From the IMG/VR virus record IMGVR_UViG_3300032322_002195, positions 32,001 through 96,000 of that record: a stretch of DNA of 64,000 bases. The stretch is one strand, 5' to 3'. The first letter of the stretch is position 1, and each line of letters opens with the position of its first letter. This DNA comes from a virus. Under the pieces are notes generated by a model. It saw nothing but the letters and a program-made list of their open reading frames with translations. It had not been told where the DNA came from and searched no databases. A program made the translations under genes and the position numbers. Shown one piece after another: positions 60,530-64,000 of the stretch.

Positions 60530-60672
60530 TTTTAATTATTTTTTGATAAGGCAAAGATAGTAATTATTTTGAATCTACCAAATTTATTTCAAAAAAAAAA
60601 ATTATAAATAAAGTAAAATAAATTTGTTTATATCAATATTTTATCTATCTTTGCCCTATCAATTTAAAACAA

Positions 60673-60930
60673 ATGTCAAAACAAACTCAACGTAGCATTA
60701 GCGAAATCGCTCTAGAAATTCGCAAAGATTGGAAAGCAACTTCCAAAAATGGTATCTATTTTGGTGCTAAACCTTATTTAGAAGCTATGGAAATGCTTAC
60801 CGATAAAACAAGCCGTTATGGTTATGATTCAGCTTCTAGCATTATAAACTACTTCTTAGCTAATGCTTCAACTTATCGTGGAACCAAAGCAAAAGAATTA
60901 AAAGCTGAATTGAAAGCGATAATCAAATAA
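60673..60930 (+). CDS. hypothetical early protein (inverted unit)
   Basis: Plus-strand promoter repeat at about 60623-60653 and terminator at about 60945-60974. Confidence 0.75.
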   Translation: MSKQTQRSISEIALEIRKDWKATSKNGIYFGAKPYLEAMEMLTDKTSRYGYDSASSIINYFLANASTYRGTKAKELKAELKAIIK

Positions 60931-61040
60931 AGTAGTATAAAATTAAGGCTCCAGATAATCTCTGGAGCTTTTTTATTTTCAGTACTTTTAAATGAATTTG
61001 TTTACAGTGATATATTTACTGTAAACTAATTTATTTAAAC

Positions 61041-61343
61041 ATGGAACAAAAATACTTCTTCGGTTGGGATAATATCAAATGGTTTATCTCAGAAATTTGC
61101 AAAATCTATTCATCACAACCTTCTTTCTTTTCTAAGAAAAGAATTGAATCTGGAATCGCTTTTATTATTGCTCAATGGGGAATGATTTATTTCCTAGTTA
61201 CTCACTCATCAGCTTTAACGATGGGTGAATTTTTATTATGGGCGACCACTGAATTTGCCGTATCAGGTTATATAATCAATCAAATTCAGAAAGAAAAAAA
61301 AGAAATCGTTTCGGAAGAAAATCCACAACAACTTAATGATTAA
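61041..61343 (+). CDS. small membrane protein (holin-like)
   Basis: SKKR followed by two hydrophobic helices. Confidence 0.55.
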   Translation: MEQKYFFGWDNIKWFISEICKIYSSQPSFFSKKRIESGIAFIIAQWGMIYFLVTHSSALTMGEFLLWATTEFAVSGYIINQIQKEKKEIVSEENPQQLND

Positions 61344-61384
61344 CGGAGCTTAGCTGAATCCATGTACACAAACGTGTACACCAT

Positions 61385-61843
61385 ATAAAATAGCCAAACC
61401 CCTGTCCACATTTCGGGCTCAGGGGTTGACTTTTTCTAATAATTGGCCGCATATAAGCTGCCTTCGGTTGTTAATGCGGGCATAGCCGCCCGCTGGCTGA
61501 ATTAAGAGGTGAGAGCCCACCCCAATCAATCGGCTCAAACTGATTGAGATGTCACCACTTTTTGGCTCAATGGGATGCCTTCCCACCGACTTACGTCCCT
61601 TGGCAGGGAACCTTTTTCGGATGTTTGGGTACACAGTGCCAATCTGCCTTTCGGGAGGGGCTGATGTCCCATTTTTAATATAAGGTTTGACCGACCTTAG
61701 TTAATCCTTTTCAGGGGATACGGATGGTGCATTAGCATACATATCACTATGATGTTTTTTGTAATCCTAGGACAGCTACCACAGTCTACATCCTAGGTAC
61801 TCAACGCTTTTATAACTAATGTGTAAGTTAAGCGTAAACTTAC
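61385..61843 (-). ncRNA. large structured non-coding RNA of unknown class
   Basis: Own promoter (-7 box 61848-61855), GC-rich, many hairpins, no credible ORF; ends approximate. Confidence 0.65.
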
Positions 61844-61898
61844 AAGACAAAGGTAAGAAATAAATTTGATATTACCAAATTTATTTTCAATTTTTTTG

Positions 61899-62022
61899 CG
61901 GTCATAATTGGACTCGAACCAATAAGATGATGCTTATATGTCGTTATTCCTAGCAAATTGGTATTTATCATTTCCAAGTTGCCGCTATCTGATTAATCTC
62001 TAGCTTTACGACTAATATGACC
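61899..62022 (-). ncRNA. tRNA-like RNA with a large structured insert
   Basis: Acceptor GGTCATA/TATGACC and T arm ATTGG-TTCGAGT-CCAAT; own promoter at 62049. Confidence 0.65.
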
Positions 62023-62268
62023 AAGTATTAATTTCAATGAACGTGAGACAAAGGTAAGAAATAATTTTGATATTACCAAATTTATTTTACCTTTTCAATG
62101 GCTGAAGATATTATCGTTCCTAATATAATTAATAATGATTGGGTACCGATAATTTTTAAATAAATTTCGTTTTTATCACTCCAAAGAGCAAGTACGGCTA
62201 TTGGAAACATACTAAGTAATATCAACCCAAGAATAGCGTTAATAGTTTTTTTCATTTTTTTGTTTTTG

Positions 62269-62342
62269 TGCGCCCTGCTGGGCTCGAACCAGCGACCTAT
62301 TGATTATGAGTCAATTGCTCTGACCAACTGAGCTAAGGGCGC
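62269..62342 (-). tRNA. tRNA with CAT anticodon, probably tRNA-Ile2 (lysidine type); CCA not encoded
   Basis: GCGCCCT-TAGCTCAGTTGGTCAGAGC-A-ATTGA-CTCATAA-TCAAT-AGGTC-GCTGG-TTCGAGC-CCAGC-AGGGCGC-A; resembles ileX-type tRNAs. Confidence 0.92.
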
Positions 62343-62356
62343 AAATAATTATATCA

Positions 62357-62614
62357 TTATTTACTTTCTTGAATAATAAACTTCCCTTCGATAAGTCCAT
62401 ACTTGGATTTTTCTTGATAAGAATAAACCTCAACTGAATCGGTTGATTTCATCGGTTTTGTCAATATCCAAAGTTGGTCATCTTTCCAAGAACAATTCAT
62501 CAATTTTTGATTTTTTTCTAAGGTAAATGTTTGGGTTTGTCCATACTTTTTAACCAATACGTTATCGCAACTGGTTAAGGAAATTATTCCAATAAGTAAT
62601 AATAGTTTTTTCAT
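62357..62614 (-). CDS. small lipoprotein
   Basis: MKKLLLLIGIISLTS-C lipobox. Confidence 0.7.
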   Translation of the reverse strand: MKKLLLLIGIISLTSCDNVLVKKYGQTQTFTLEKNQKLMNCSWKDDQLWILTKPMKSTDSVEVYSYQEKSKYGLIEGKFIIQESK

Positions 62615-62628
62615 GTTTTATAATTGTT

Positions 62629-62835
62629 TTATTTTTTATTTGTTTTATGCCACTTGTCAACGTTTTCCCAATTTAGCATAGCTAATGCACCTAGAAGTGA
62701 TTTATCACGTGGTTTTTGCAATCTTGCATATGTTTCAACATTATCAATCATAACCTGAATGATTTGATGATGCTCAAGTGTTTGAGCCGTTTCAATCGAC
62801 TTATGTATTTTTATGGTTGCTTTAACAAAATCCAT
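62629..62835 (-). CDS. hypothetical early protein
   Basis: Likely start MDFVKAT. Confidence 0.6.
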   Translation of the reverse strand: MDFVKATIKIHKSIETAQTLEHHQIIQVMIDNVETYARLQKPRDKSLLGALAMLNWENVDKWHKTNKK

Positions 62836-62871
62836 TTTAATTAGGTTGAATGATAAGACAAAGATAAGCAA

Positions 62872-63111
62872 TTATTTTGAATCTACCAAATTTATTTTTA
62901 ATTGTAAATGGTCGAATCCTTTTATTTTATTGGTTGGTAAACCATTACGTTTCCACATCCCACTAATATAACCCTCATGCAAATTTGGTTTGCCCATATA
63001 AGGACACTTAACCATACCAACAATAATATTATCCAAAGGCAACCACCTTAGATTTTTTACTGGATAACCCTCAATGGTTTCTGTTATTTTATTTAATTCC
63101 TCTGTTTTCAT
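62872..63111 (-). CDS. hypothetical early protein, probably leaderless
   Basis: ATG 4 nt after TATCTTTG; ends NLVDSK inside the next repeat. Confidence 0.65.
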   Translation of the reverse strand: MKTEELNKITETIEGYPVKNLRWLPLDNIIVGMVKCPYMGKPNLHEGYISGMWKRNGLPTNKIKGFDHLQLKINLVDSK

Positions 63112-63177
63112 AAGGCAAAGATAAAAATAAAAAATGAGATTACCAAATGATAACCCCATTTTTTTTTGAAACTTTTT

Positions 63178-63705
63178 TTACTCGGCAAAGTCAGGTTTTA
63201 TTTCAGCATACCCGATTGGTTTCTTGCTTTCAACTGAAATAATATCTCTAGCCCACGTTCCAATGTACTTATTTTCACCTTCAAAGTCACCACCACCCCT
63301 GCCGTTTCCTTCGCACGTAAGCAATGGTAGAGGGTGTATTTTAGTTCCTTTCCACATAGGGATTTCAGAAACCGAAAACTTATCCACAAATTGCTTTTTG
63401 GTGTGGTTTACAATGTAACGTGTTTCAGTTGTGGTAAACCTTTCCGTAGGTTTAACTTTTTCTGTGTCCTTGCAACGGCCATACAAATTTGTTTTTCTGC
63501 CTTTGCATTCATCGGCATAGTCGCCAGCCCATACAACCCTTTGAGGTTTGTTTTTGATTAGGCTTTCAAAGGCACTCACAAAATCATTTCCAATGTCGGA
63601 ATGTTCCATGAGTTTAAGCCCATTGTCGTATTCGTGTGAATACATCCAAGATTTTACTGTTTTTTTGTTTTCAGCAAGCAAAATTGGTTTAAAATACTGT
63701 CCCAT
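63178..63705 (-). CDS. hypothetical phage protein
   Basis: MGQYFK..GLKLMEH..VWAGDYAD..HPLPLLT.EGNGRGGGD..GTWARD. Confidence 0.75.
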   Translation of the reverse strand: MGQYFKPILLAENKKTVKSWMYSHEYDNGLKLMEHSDIGNDFVSAFESLIKNKPQRVVWAGDYADECKGRKTNLYGRCKDTEKVKPTERFTTTETRYIVNHTKKQFVDKFSVSEIPMWKGTKIHPLPLLTCEGNGRGGGDFEGENKYIGTWARDIISVESKKPIGYAEIKPDFAE

Positions 63706-64000
63706 TTTTTTAATTATTTAGTTGATTAGTGATGCAAAGATAGTAAAAAAAATGACACTACCAAATAGTAGTGCCACTTTTTTTGAAACTTTTTTTATCC
63801 GTTGTAAATTGTTTCTAATTGTTCATACAATTTACCCTCGCTTGTACTAAACACAAAGTGCTTAACAACGGCTTTCAAACGCTTAATCATGTGCTTATGA
63901 TTATAGCCCTCTGTTCTAAGCATGAGCTTAATAAGAGCTTCATTCATTTGTCGTGTGTTTGGCACAATTTCAGCACACTCACTCACACAATCAATGAGTT

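Larger units (their letters stand above)
47946..63770 (-). promoter_or_regulatory. dispersed ~45-bp repeat equal to a Bacteroidota housekeeping-sigma promoter, about 33 copies on the minus strand
   Basis: Minus-strand consensus AAATTTGGTAG(T/A)TT(A/C)AAATAATTACT-TATCTTTG(T/C)CCTATCA; the -7 box appears on + as caaag(a/g)ta at e.g. 49384, 51707, 52794, 53091, 53397, 53935, 54627, 55134, 55563, 57074, 58895, 59176, 60552, 61848, 62859 and 63735. Confidence 0.9.

Noticed and set aside
61419-61634. 71-aa ORF in the GC-rich block
   Set aside because: Atypical start and composition; it overlaps dense hairpins and is better explained as ncRNA.
61385-62022. tmRNA or RNase P RNA identity for the ncRNAs
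   Set aside because: No GGGG...CCACCA alanine-type acceptor and no GAGGAAAGUCC-type RNase P motif are visible; a covariance search is needed to exclude divergent forms.
59838-63159. N-terminal extensions in the ORF track such as MVVSFFILIFVLS, MLIFVLS and MGLSFGNLIFYFYLCL
   Set aside because: They are translations of the promoter repeat; the real starts are the downstream ATGs.
51700-63770. CRISPR array interpretation of the regular repeats
   Set aside because: Spacing is 200-800 bp and irregular, the intervals are genes, the repeat matches a promoter consensus, and no cas genes are present.
1-64000. Stop-codon reassignment as seen in some large Bacteroidota phages
   Set aside because: Capsid, portal, terminase, ThyA and ClpC are intact in code 11, and TAG and TGA serve as normal stops.

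Overview
This window is part of a large, AT-rich T4-like (myovirus-type) phage genome in the standard genetic code. The host is very probably a Bacteroidota species, because TTTG-N19/20-TAnnTTTG promoters are abundant. 1-26.5 kb holds a sigma-like factor, tail/baseplate-like genes and the head module (major capsid, scaffold, prohead protease, portal, large terminase) plus modular putative head-cargo proteins. 26.5-48 kb holds accessory enzymes: ThyA, ClpC, an ABC-ATPase/Mom-like GNAT pair, a heptosyltransferase, thioredoxin, an HNH nuclease, an LpxH-like phosphoesterase, a GT2 and a nucleotidyltransferase. At about 48.0-48.3 kb are tandem repeats and G-tracts that look like an origin or terminus. 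48.4-64 kb is an array of small genes, nearly each with its own copy of a ~45-bp promoter repeat. The most notable unexplained structures are: three integron-type cassettes with attC-like sites and antisense ORFs (51.8-52.6 kb); a ~450-500-nt structured ncRNA; several tRNA-scaffold RNAs with replaced D/anticodon arms; two probable -1 frameshift fusions; putative protease-processed polyproteins; and a small protein built from ThyA insertion segments. All calls are made by eye from the sequence and the ORF track; no database searches were run.
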